Source: a virus. From it: 64,000 nt of DNA. Under the pieces are notes generated by a model. That model saw only the letters and a list, made by a program, of their open reading frames with translations. It searched no databases and was not told where the DNA came from. The position numbers were made by a program, and so were the translations under genes. Where the stretch lies: the IMG/VR virus record IMGVR_UViG_3300029787_005452, positions 32,001 to 96,000 of that record. The stretch is one strand, 5' to 3'. Below, one piece after another: positions 56,287 to 64,000 of the stretch; position 1 is the stretch's first letter, and the number at the start of each line of letters is the position of its first letter.

Positions 56287-56609
56287 GTTGCAACATCAAT
56301 ATCTTGTGAATATTTTTTCATCATATTAATTAATTTTTCTAAAGAAGCTTTAGCATTTACTTCATTAATATCTGATAATTCACTTAACGTATCAATATCA
56401 CTTGGCTCTATTTTTGTAACTAAAGCTTTTTTAATTAACCTTATAAGCAATACTTCACCTTCAGGGGATAATTTTTGAACTTCAGGTTCAGGCTCTGGAG
56501 CTGGTTCTGGTTCCGCTACCGGTTCTTCAACTGGTGCTTCAACCGGAGCCTCCATTTCTGTTTCATCTTGTTCTAAGATATTATTATATGCTTTTAAAAA
56601 TTTTTTCAT
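56283..56609 (-). CDS. Hypothetical protein with Pro/Glu-rich linker
   Basis: EAPVEAPVEEPVAEPEPAPEPEPE; TAAATA 6 nt upstream. Confidence 0.65.
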   Translation of the reverse strand: MKKFLKAYNNILEQDETEMEAPVEAPVEEPVAEPEPAPEPEPEVQKLSPEGEVLLIRLIKKALVTKIEPSDIDTLSELSDINEVNAKASLEKLINMMKKYSQDIDVAT

Positions 56610-56626
56610 TTTATATATTTAAGAGA

Positions 56627-57508
56627 TTATTTCTGAGGTTTAGATAGTGCTGCATAAGCATCTGCCATATCTTTGGTAGCTTTATTATATGCAGGAATAG
56701 CTTGCAAATAGACTTTAGATCGAGCTTTTAAAGCTTTTTTAGCTTGTCTTGCTGAACGATTCATAAGTTTACCTATAGGTCCCACCATAACATCATCTGC
56801 AGTAGCGGCCAAACGCGTAAGACCTTTTTCAGCGTCAGCTAAACTAACATTTAATTTACCTTCTTGATCTTCTATACTACTTCCTCTCATAGAATTAATT
56901 TTGTTATACAGATTTTCAAGCTCTTTAAATTCATCGCTTCCATCATTAACTATTTCACCTTGTTCAATAGGTCTATTATGATATTCGTGAACATCTGCAT
57001 CTTCTTTCTTATATAGAGCTCTTCTTGCTTCAGCATATTCACTGTTATTTCTGAAAGCATTCTTTTTTTGTCTTAATTCAGCTTTTTTTTCAGGGTCATC
57101 TTCTGTCATACTTTGACGAAATAAATCTCTACGTTCTTTTTCCCTTTCAAGATGACCTTCATAATCATACTTGTTTTTAAACTCATCAGTTTCTGCTGCT
57201 CCTGAACGTAATTTTGTAATATCCTGATTAACGTAATCTCCAAACTTAGATAAAAATCTACTTAGTAGTACTGCAGGGGCTTCTGGTGAGTTCTTATTAC
57301 CACCTATACCGTGCATGTTCATAGAATATAATCTTGCAAAACTTCCTGAATCTAAAATATCTTTTCTAGACTTACCTACAAGACTTCTTAAAAAATCTCC
57401 AAATGATTTTCCTGATTTCATTTGTACCATTATTTCATTATCTTCTTTAATAGTAACGCTATCTATTTTTTTCAAGATACTATTAGCTAGCTGGTTAAAC
57501 ATGTCCAT
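56627..57508 (-). CDS. Hypothetical helical protein
   Basis: 293 aa; TAAATA 5 nt upstream. Confidence 0.65.
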   Translation of the reverse strand: MDMFNQLANSILKKIDSVTIKEDNEIMVQMKSGKSFGDFLRSLVGKSRKDILDSGSFARLYSMNMHGIGGNKNSPEAPAVLLSRFLSKFGDYVNQDITKLRSGAAETDEFKNKYDYEGHLEREKERRDLFRQSMTEDDPEKKAELRQKKNAFRNNSEYAEARRALYKKEDADVHEYHNRPIEQGEIVNDGSDEFKELENLYNKINSMRGSSIEDQEGKLNVSLADAEKGLTRLAATADDVMVGPIGKLMNRSARQAKKALKARSKVYLQAIPAYNKATKDMADAYAALSKPQK

Positions 57509-57516
57509 ATTATTAT

Positions 57517-58077
57517 TTATCTAATTAGAAGTAGTTTTGTAGATAGTCTATTAAAGTAATCCTTATTTAAAAAAGTTAATTCATAACGTTTAGTAAATTT
57601 CTTCACACCAGAAAACGTATATTTACCAATATCCATATTATTGATCTTGCTTATCATAGAATTTATAGTAGTTTGGGCCTTACCATCGTTAATATCAATA
57701 AGGTGGTCTAGATATATTAATGAATATTTACTAATGAATATTTTTATTGGTAATATTTTATCCACTCTACGTAAAAAATTAGTAAAAAACACTAATATTT
57801 CATTTTCCTTAAAGTATTTTGTTAGTTCGCAGTCATCTAACTGGGTATTATTAAAGTATATAATAGATTTTGACTTACAGTTAAGTAATCTTTGACATAT
57901 ATTGTATATAGTATAGTGATATATGAACTTCTTTACTTGTAAATTATTAATACTCTTATCTAATAGGTTAAATTCATGTAATGAATTAATTATTTGAGGT
58001 TGTATGTCGTTTATTAATAACTCATTAAAGTCAATTATAGTAAAATCATAATTTTCTATATGTAAGTCAGCCATCAT
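57517..58077 (-). CDS. Hypothetical protein
   Basis: 186 aa ORF overlapping the upstream gene's end. Confidence 0.6.
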   Translation of the reverse strand: MMADLHIENYDFTIIDFNELLINDIQPQIINSLHEFNLLDKSINNLQVKKFIYHYTIYNICQRLLNCKSKSIIYFNNTQLDDCELTKYFKENEILVFFTNFLRRVDKILPIKIFISKYSLIYLDHLIDINDGKAQTTINSMISKINNMDIGKYTFSGVKKFTKRYELTFLNKDYFNRLSTKLLLIR

Positions 58078-58501
58078 TACCTTTATTATAGTACTGTTCC
58101 AAAAACAACTTTGGTGCTTTACCTATTCTACAGTTTATAATACCATTATAATAATTTTCACTTAATAGGACATCCATTTCGAACTGCATTTTAGCTTCAA
58201 AATATGATAATTCAAATTTACTATTGCAAAATTTTAATATTTTAAATATAAATTTATCTAAACCTAATAAAGATATATCATTATTCAAAGCATCGGACGA
58301 ACCTGTATATGTTTTCCAGTCACTTTCAATAAAATCAATACGTTTACGTTTTTTACCTTTTAAAGGTTTACGTCTAATTTTGCGGACCATTTGTTTTTTA
58401 CCAATATATTTTTTACCACTAATGGTATTAGTAATTTCATATATAAAACCGAAAGAGTCTTTAGGTATCGGTTTACATACTTCCCATATACCTGTATCCA
58501 T
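58067..58501 (-). CDS. GIY-YIG family endonuclease (T4 EndoII/Seg-like)
   Basis: GFIYEITN...KKYIGKK, W..Y.GSS, YYNG.I. Confidence 0.8.
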   Translation of the reverse strand: MDTGIWEVCKPIPKDSFGFIYEITNTISGKKYIGKKQMVRKIRRKPLKGKKRKRIDFIESDWKTYTGSSDALNNDISLLGLDKFIFKILKFCNSKFELSYFEAKMQFEMDVLLSENYYNGIINCRIGKAPKLFLEQYYNKGNDG

Positions 58502-58509
58502 TAAGATAT

Positions 58510-58776
58510 TTACTTTTTATTTTTTAATTTTCTAGTTTTTTTCTTCTTACCCACTTTACCTTTTCTAGAATACATTGCACCTAAGGCTGTAGGTCTTCTA
58601 AAATCACCAGGTGCATACGCATCAGTACCCGGTGTACCACTTACTGTCGTGCCATAGCCAGTAGCAGCTGCAGAGCCTAGCACCCCTCCACCGACTGTAT
58701 TTTCATCTTCTTCTGGTGGTTTTTTCTTTTTAAGGCTTTTTTTAAATGCTTTTTCAAATAAAGTTGTTTTCTTCAT
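58510..58776 (-). CDS. Small basic hypothetical protein
   Basis: 88 aa; TATAAATA 5 nt upstream (58782-58789). Confidence 0.65.
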   Translation of the reverse strand: MKKTTLFEKAFKKSLKKKKPPEEDENTVGGGVLGSAAATGYGTTVSGTPGTDAYAPGDFRRPTALGAMYSRKGKVGKKKKTRKLKNKK

Positions 58777-58791
58777 ATTAGTATTTATAAT
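58764..58791 (+). promoter_or_regulatory. Sigma70-type promoter TTGTTT-N16-TATAAT
   Basis: The -10 box is 6 nt before the GTG at 58798. Confidence 0.55.
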
Positions 58792-58797
58792 TAATAT

Positions 58798-59193
58798 GTG
58801 AGTTTATTAGATCAATATATAGATGAAATAGAAAAAGATTTACAAATTAATGAATTTAATCTTAAAGACTCATCGATGAAAACCCCGGCTCGTAAACATT
58901 ACTGGGTAGCTAAATTAATAAGACATAAACAAAATCTATTGAAACTTAGAATACTTAGAGATTCAGTAAAGAAAGAAGTAGTTCAAAAAATTGTTGAAGA
59001 AAGCCCAGTTAAAGTAACTATACCAGTAGCAGAAAAAGCAAGTTATAAGCATGAAAAAATGAAAGAGATATCTGAAAAAATTAGCAATGAAGAGTTAATT
59101 ATTGAGTTTTTAGAAAAAACTGAAAAAACATTTAGTGCTGTTGGGTTTGATATAAAAAATATTATTGAAATAATGAAAATGGAACAATTATAA
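58798..59193 (+). CDS. uvsY: UvsY-like recombination mediator
   Basis: Helical 131 aa protein (EKDLQI...PARKHYW...EFLEK...FDIKNII) directly upstream of uvsW, as in T4-like phages. Confidence 0.6.
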   Translation: MSLLDQYIDEIEKDLQINEFNLKDSSMKTPARKHYWVAKLIRHKQNLLKLRILRDSVKKEVVQKIVEESPVKVTIPVAEKASYKHEKMKEISEKISNEELIIEFLEKTEKTFSAVGFDIKNIIEIMKMEQL

Positions 59194-60611
59194 TGAAATT
59201 TGAATTAGCTAAGGAAAAAATTAGATTAATAACAGATGATTTAGACAATATACGAGAACATTTTAGTGTTAAAGATGAAACAGCTCGTTTTCGAATGAGG
59301 GGGAGGGCAAGATTTTATTCTAATCCTCGTATATACGGTATCACACCGACAGGTCTGTTTGAACCAGGTCTTTTTTTTGATATTTTAAGTCATATAAAAC
59401 TAGAATATCCAAATACAGATTATCAAATAGATCAAGATATTTTACCTATAGTCAAACCGACATATAATGAAGAAAGAGCATATGATAATCTAAAATTTCC
59501 ATTAAGAGATTATCAATTAGATTCAGTAAAAGAAGCATTAAAATTTGGAAGAGGTATTATAAAACTAGGTACAGGTGGAGGTAAAACTTTAACGATTGCA
59601 TCATTGTTAATGAGTTTATATTCTAATAACCCTAAAATTAAAATTTTAATATTGGTACCTGACCTAGGACTAGTTAATCAAACTTATAATGATTTTATAG
59701 AATATAATGTATTATTTAAATTTACAAGGTGGACAGGAAAAATAAAACCTGATTTAACTGCTAACTGTATTATAGCTAATAGAGGTATATTACAGAGTCA
59801 GTTTGATAATAATGATTGGATTCAATATATCGACGTTTTAGTGGTTGACGAATGCCATACGATTAAAAAATCTAATAAAGTAAGTAAGATGGTTAATAAA
59901 ATCCATACTTTTAATAAATTTGGATTAACTGGTACTTTACCAGATGATAAACCAGAGCAATGGAATGTTATTGGTAAATTAGGTAAAGTCATATATGATA
60001 AGGATAGCTATCAACTTAGGTTAGAGAGCTATTTAACTAACGTAGACATTAAGGTTATTAACATAGGATATAAAGATAAACCTCTTGTAGTAAGTGGTAG
60101 TAACAACTTTAAAACTGAATTAGATTTTATATATACAAATAATTTTAGAAATAATGTTATTAAGAATATATGTTCAAATTTTAACAATAATTCTCTTATA
60201 TTGGTTAACCATTTAGCTCATGGAGATGCATTATTTGATGACTTATCTCAAATTGAAAATAAAAAAGTTTATTTTGTTAAAGGAGAAGTAGAGGTGGAAG
60301 AAAGAGATAAAATTAAAAAGATAATGGAAACTAATAATGACGTTATCTGTATTGCAATGAGTTCTATTTTTAGTACTGGTATTAATATTAAAAATATACA
60401 TATGATTATGTTTGCCTCTGGTGGTAAAAGTTTTATAAGAACAATACAATCGATTGGTAGGGGTTTGCGACTGCATGAAAGCAAAAATAAACTAATTATT
60501 ATAGATCTTGCTGATAAGTTAAAATACGGTACACGTCATTCTGATAAAAGGAAAGAAATTTATAAATCAGAAAAAATAAATTTTACGTCAACTGATATAG
60601 TTGAAAAATAA
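59193..60611 (+). CDS. uvsW: UvsW SF2 helicase
   Basis: LRDYQ, GTGGGKT, VDECH, GLTGT, STGINIKN, QSIGRGLR. Confidence 0.92.
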   Translation: MKFELAKEKIRLITDDLDNIREHFSVKDETARFRMRGRARFYSNPRIYGITPTGLFEPGLFFDILSHIKLEYPNTDYQIDQDILPIVKPTYNEERAYDNLKFPLRDYQLDSVKEALKFGRGIIKLGTGGGKTLTIASLLMSLYSNNPKIKILILVPDLGLVNQTYNDFIEYNVLFKFTRWTGKIKPDLTANCIIANRGILQSQFDNNDWIQYIDVLVVDECHTIKKSNKVSKMVNKIHTFNKFGLTGTLPDDKPEQWNVIGKLGKVIYDKDSYQLRLESYLTNVDIKVINIGYKDKPLVVSGSNNFKTELDFIYTNNFRNNVIKNICSNFNNNSLILVNHLAHGDALFDDLSQIENKKVYFVKGEVEVEERDKIKKIMETNNDVICIAMSSIFSTGINIKNIHMIMFASGGKSFIRTIQSIGRGLRLHESKNKLIIIDLADKLKYGTRHSDKRKEIYKSEKINFTSTDIVEK

Positions 60612-60628
60612 GTTTTATATATTATAAT
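60601..60628 (+). promoter_or_regulatory. Sigma70-type promoter TTGAAA-N16-TATAAT
   Basis: The -10 box is 6 nt before the gp55 ATG (60635). Confidence 0.6.
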
Positions 60629-60634
60629 TAGTTT

Positions 60635-61108
60635 ATGGCTAATACTAAAAAAACTACTGGTAAGCGTAGAGGACCTAAACCTAAAAAGACAGAATACTAT
60701 GTAGATCCACGAGAATTAAAAAAAGAATTAATAGCATATTATAAAAGCGAAGATTGTACACCTGCATTAGGAGATATGATTCATAAAATTGCACACGGTT
60801 TAAGTTATTCATCTAATTTTATTAACTATACCTATCGCGACGAAATGGTAGGAGATGCTTTAGTTAAGATGTACACAGCAGTTACTAATAAAAAGTTTAA
60901 TGTAGATTCAGAATACAACCCTTTTTCGTATTTTACCACGATTGCCTTTCATGCCTTTATTAATAGAATTAAAAAAGAGAAAAAACATGCTGAAACCTTA
61001 AGTCAGTATAAAGAAAAAATATATGAGCAAGAAATGTTAGATTCGATGGACGGTAGAGTTTACGTTAAACCGATGAGTGATGATGTAGATACAGAGCCGA
61101 ATGAATAA
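60635..61108 (+). CDS. gp55: T4 gp55-like late sigma factor
   Basis: YYVD, IAHGLSYSSNFINYTYRDEMVGD, NPFSYFT.IAFHAFINRIKKEK. Confidence 0.92.
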   Translation: MANTKKTTGKRRGPKPKKTEYYVDPRELKKELIAYYKSEDCTPALGDMIHKIAHGLSYSSNFINYTYRDEMVGDALVKMYTAVTNKKFNVDSEYNPFSYFTTIAFHAFINRIKKEKKHAETLSQYKEKIYEQEMLDSMDGRVYVKPMSDDVDTEPNE

Positions 61109-62141
61109 AATAGCTATATTTTCTGATATACATTTAGGTGTGCACCAGAATAATGATTTCTGGCTTGGTATAGCTAATAAGTGGGCTGATTGGTATATAA
61201 AAGAACTTAATGAAAAAAATATTACTGATATTATTTTTTGCGGAGACTTCTTTCATTATAGGGATGAAATTTCAGTAAAGACTTTAAATTTTGCTAAAGA
61301 TATTCTAGATAAATTTAAAGATTTTAAAATTACTATGATAACTGGTAACCACGACGCATGGTATAAAGACACATCAGAGATTAATAGTTTAAGTATCCTT
61401 AAAGGTTATAAAAATTTAACAGTATATGATAAACTTGCTACTGTAGATTATAAAGGTAAATTAATATCATTTTGCCCATGGGGTACAAAAATAGATGATA
61501 TACCGGATAGCGATTTAATATTTGGTCATTTTGAATTAGAAAATTTTAAAATGAATATGTTTAAAATATGTGACCATGGTGATGATCCAGATGTATTAGT
61601 TGAAAAATCTAAATTAATCTTTACCGGACACTTCCATGCAAGAGATGAAAAACATTATAAGAAGCAAGATAGTTCTATCATCTATGTTGGCAATCCATAC
61701 GAAATGGACTTTGGTGATACAATGCAAACGAAAGGGTATTATATTCTAGATCTAGATAATATGTCTTATGAATTTTTTGAAAATAATATTACCCCTAAAC
61801 ATATTAAAATAATTTTATCTAAACTAATCAATTTAACTGATGTTGAAAATGTCTTTAAAGGTTCGTTACCAGGCAATATTATTAAATTGATTATTGATAA
61901 AAATATTAGCACGGACCATTTAGATGCTTTAGTTACCAAATTGACTACGTATAAGCCAGTAGAATTAAGAATTGATTATGATGTAAATTATAATAAACTT
62001 AAGATAGAAAACGATGAAGATTATGATTTATCAGGAGTTGATATTAAACATGCGATAGAAGAGTTTGTTAATATGTTAGATATAGAAAATAAAAAAGATG
62101 TAGTAAATTATTCTACATCTTTATATGAAAGAGTTAAATGA
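61101..62141 (+). CDS. gp47: gp47 recombination endonuclease subunit (Mre11/SbcD-like)
   Basis: SDIHLG, GDFF, GNHD, GHFE, GHFH, YVGNPYE. Confidence 0.92.
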   Translation: MNKIAIFSDIHLGVHQNNDFWLGIANKWADWYIKELNEKNITDIIFCGDFFHYRDEISVKTLNFAKDILDKFKDFKITMITGNHDAWYKDTSEINSLSILKGYKNLTVYDKLATVDYKGKLISFCPWGTKIDDIPDSDLIFGHFELENFKMNMFKICDHGDDPDVLVEKSKLIFTGHFHARDEKHYKKQDSSIIYVGNPYEMDFGDTMQTKGYYILDLDNMSYEFFENNITPKHIKIILSKLINLTDVENVFKGSLPGNIIKLIIDKNISTDHLDALVTKLTTYKPVELRIDYDVNYNKLKIENDEDYDLSGVDIKHAIEEFVNMLDIENKKDVVNYSTSLYERVK

Positions 62142-63943
62142 AATACGTATGCTTTAAAGAGTTAAAGATAAAAAACTTCCTGTCTATTGGTGAGGAGTTT
62201 GTAACTGTAAATTTTGAAAAAGGTTTGCATATTGTAACAGGTATCAATAGAGATAAAGAAGATAGGAGAAACGGTGTCGGTAAAAGTACGATAGCTGATG
62301 GTTTATATTTTGCTATATTTGGTCAAACTTTAAGAGATATTAAGAAGAACTTTATAGCTAATAATTTAACTTCAGGCACATGCGAGGTGCAATTATCATT
62401 TACTGTTGATGACCCTAAGCATGGTGTAAATGAATTTGATATTATACGAACTTTAAATCCGAGTAAAGTTTATGTATATAAAAATGGTAATGATAAAACT
62501 CGAGATAGTATATCTAATACTAATGAATATATTAATACAGTTTTATCATCAACACCTGAAATATTTCAAAACTGTGTTATAATGACCCTTAATAATCATG
62601 TACCTTTTATGGGTAAGAGTAAAACAGAAAAACGTAAGTTTATAGAGCAAATATTTAACTTAGAAATTTTTAGTAAAATGTTAGGAGAGCTACGGAATGA
62701 ACATAATGAAATAAAACGTAATTTTGACATTGAAATAACTAGATTAGAAGAGACTAATAATCATTTAAATACCCAACAGCAGCAAGTTGATAATTTTGAA
62801 GAAAATAAAAATCAAAGAATTAATAGAATTAAAGATCAGATAAGTGCAAAAAATACAGACTTAAAAAATTATAAAGAAGAAAAAGATACAGTAGAATCGT
62901 TAGATGAAACCCCTTATGTTGATAAATCTGATAAACTAAACGATGAAATAGTAGATTTAAAAAATATTAAAAATGAAAAGTATGAAAAAATTGTACAATT
63001 AAAAACTAATTTAACTACTAATAAAAGTACATTAACAAAAATTGGTACGGATGAAGCTACATGTCCTATGTGTTTAAGACCTTTAGAAGACCATGATAAA
63101 GATTTAATTGAAGAAGAAAAAGGAAAAATTAATATTATATTAGACAATATTTTAAATGATATAAAATATAACAAAGAAGATTATGAAAATACAGTTAGAG
63201 AAATTAATAGTTATTCTGCGGCTAAAACAAAAATAGATAATAAACTTTTAAGTATAAAAACTCAGAAGGATAATATTTCTTATCTTGAACGCAATATATC
63301 TGATATTGAAAATATTATTAAACAATATCAAACTGATATTGATAGTATTAAAAATGAAACTAATTCCTTCGATGATCTAATAAGTAATACAACTGATAAG
63401 ATTAATAGTATTAAGCAAGAGATAGATTCTCTTAAAAAGGTTATAAATCTTATGGACGTGGTCAAGTTCGTAGTAAGTGAAGAAGGGGTAAAAAGTTTTA
63501 TTGTTAAAAAAATATTATCTCATTTTAACGGTAAGTTAACTCATTTCTTAAAAAAATTAGATAGTAATTGCGTATGCGTTTTTAATGAATATTTTGAAGA
63601 AGAAATTATAAATGAAAAAGGTAAGATTTGTTTATATAATAACTTCTCTGGAGCTGAAAGAAAGGCTATTGATTTAGCTTGTTTATTCTCATTTATGGAT
63701 ATGAGAAAGTCGCAGGGTGATGTATATTATAATATTAGTTTTTACGATGAATTATTTGATAGTAGCCTGGATGAAAAGGGGGTTGATTTAGTTCTAGAAA
63801 TATTAAATGAAAGAGTAGAAAAATATAACGAATGTGTTATGGTTATAAGTCACCGTAAAGAGAGTATAAAATCAGCTAACGGAGACGTTATATTTTTAGA
63901 AAAACACAATGGCATCACTAGAAGAGTAAATTTTATTGATTAA
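62138..63943 (+). CDS. gp46: gp46 recombination ATPase subunit (Rad50/SbcC-like)
   Basis: KNFLSIG, NGVGKST, zinc-hook CPMC, FSGAE, DELFDSSLD, ISH. Confidence 0.93.
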   Translation: MKYVCFKELKIKNFLSIGEEFVTVNFEKGLHIVTGINRDKEDRRNGVGKSTIADGLYFAIFGQTLRDIKKNFIANNLTSGTCEVQLSFTVDDPKHGVNEFDIIRTLNPSKVYVYKNGNDKTRDSISNTNEYINTVLSSTPEIFQNCVIMTLNNHVPFMGKSKTEKRKFIEQIFNLEIFSKMLGELRNEHNEIKRNFDIEITRLEETNNHLNTQQQQVDNFEENKNQRINRIKDQISAKNTDLKNYKEEKDTVESLDETPYVDKSDKLNDEIVDLKNIKNEKYEKIVQLKTNLTTNKSTLTKIGTDEATCPMCLRPLEDHDKDLIEEEKGKINIILDNILNDIKYNKEDYENTVREINSYSAAKTKIDNKLLSIKTQKDNISYLERNISDIENIIKQYQTDIDSIKNETNSFDDLISNTTDKINSIKQEIDSLKKVINLMDVVKFVVSEEGVKSFIVKKILSHFNGKLTHFLKKLDSNCVCVFNEYFEEEIINEKGKICLYNNFSGAERKAIDLACLFSFMDMRKSQGDVYYNISFYDELFDSSLDEKGVDLVLEILNERVEKYNECVMVISHRKESIKSANGDVIFLEKHNGITRRVNFID

Positions 63944-63951
63944 TTAATATT

Positions 63952-64000
63952 ATGCTAATACAAGGTAACAGACCATTCCAACAAGGTAACCCGTTTCAAC
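63952..64000 (+). CDS. Start of next ORF (partial)
   Basis: MLIQGNRPFQQGNPFQ..., open to the window edge. Confidence 0.35.
   Translation, partial: MLIQGNRPFQQGNPFQ

Noticed and set aside
56500-56560. Short repeated DNA encoding EAPV/EPEP
   Set aside because: It is an ordinary low-complexity Pro/Glu linker within a coding region, not an independent repeat element.
4371-63174. Numerous short opposite-strand or same-strand shadow ORFs (e.g. 4371..4556, 6448..6633, 8367..8555, 10352..10582, 13800..14000, 14295..14486, 15057..15913 group, 19438..19731, 20404..20595, 23186..23380, 23673..23870, 24396..24662, 31249..31497, 31586..31834, 41712..41927, 42823..43231, 54078..54317, 55628..55837, 57315..57895, 58224..58535, 60243..60484, 62914..63174)
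   Set aside because: They lie antisense to or within well-supported genes, have Phe/Leu/Ser/Ile-biased antisense composition and carry no promoter motif.
1-64000. Stop-codon reassignment or alternative genetic code
   Set aside because: Core genes translate full-length under the standard bacterial code with high coding density, and TGA, TAA and TAG act as stops.
1-64000. tRNA, rRNA, riboswitch, transposase or integrase
   Set aside because: No cloverleaf/T-loop motifs or long structured intergenic regions were recognised, and intergenic gaps are mostly under 120 nt. A tRNAscan/Infernal run would be needed to exclude them formally.

Overview
AT-rich (roughly 25-30% GC by eye) 64 kb segment of a large T4-like myophage genome, most likely aquatic. 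The T4-type core module sits at the right end (UvsY-like, UvsW, gp55 late sigma, gp47, gp46). Class Ia RNR genes with an interposed 4Fe-4S ferredoxin, a DinG-like helicase, a GroES-like co-chaperonin and a gp62-like gene sit at the left. The middle is accessory: two glycan-synthesis/modification islands (10.2-21.2 kb; 39.4-50.8 kb, very AT-rich, three radical SAM genes and a split transketolase), Mn-type SOD, a tandem SpeD-SpeD-SpeE polyamine module, 7-deazaguanine genes (queE, queD, folE2), phoH and an outer-membrane beta-barrel protein. The most striking element is a tightly coupled csgF-csgG-curlin-FecR-CHASE2 adenylate cyclase operon carrying phage late-promoter motifs. Two window-wide patterns were read directly from the sequence. 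(i) Both sigma70-type promoters (TTGWWW-N16/17-TATAAT) and T4-late-type promoters (TAAATA) lie a near-fixed 5-7 nt from the start codon, implying leaderless mRNAs. (ii) About 15 ORFs, including SOD, a lysozyme-like protein, a protease and a ligase/nucleotidyltransferase fusion, start with a peptide resembling the T4 capsid-targeting sequence. No tRNA, rRNA, CRISPR array, integrase or transposase was recognised. All family assignments come from motif recognition without database searches.
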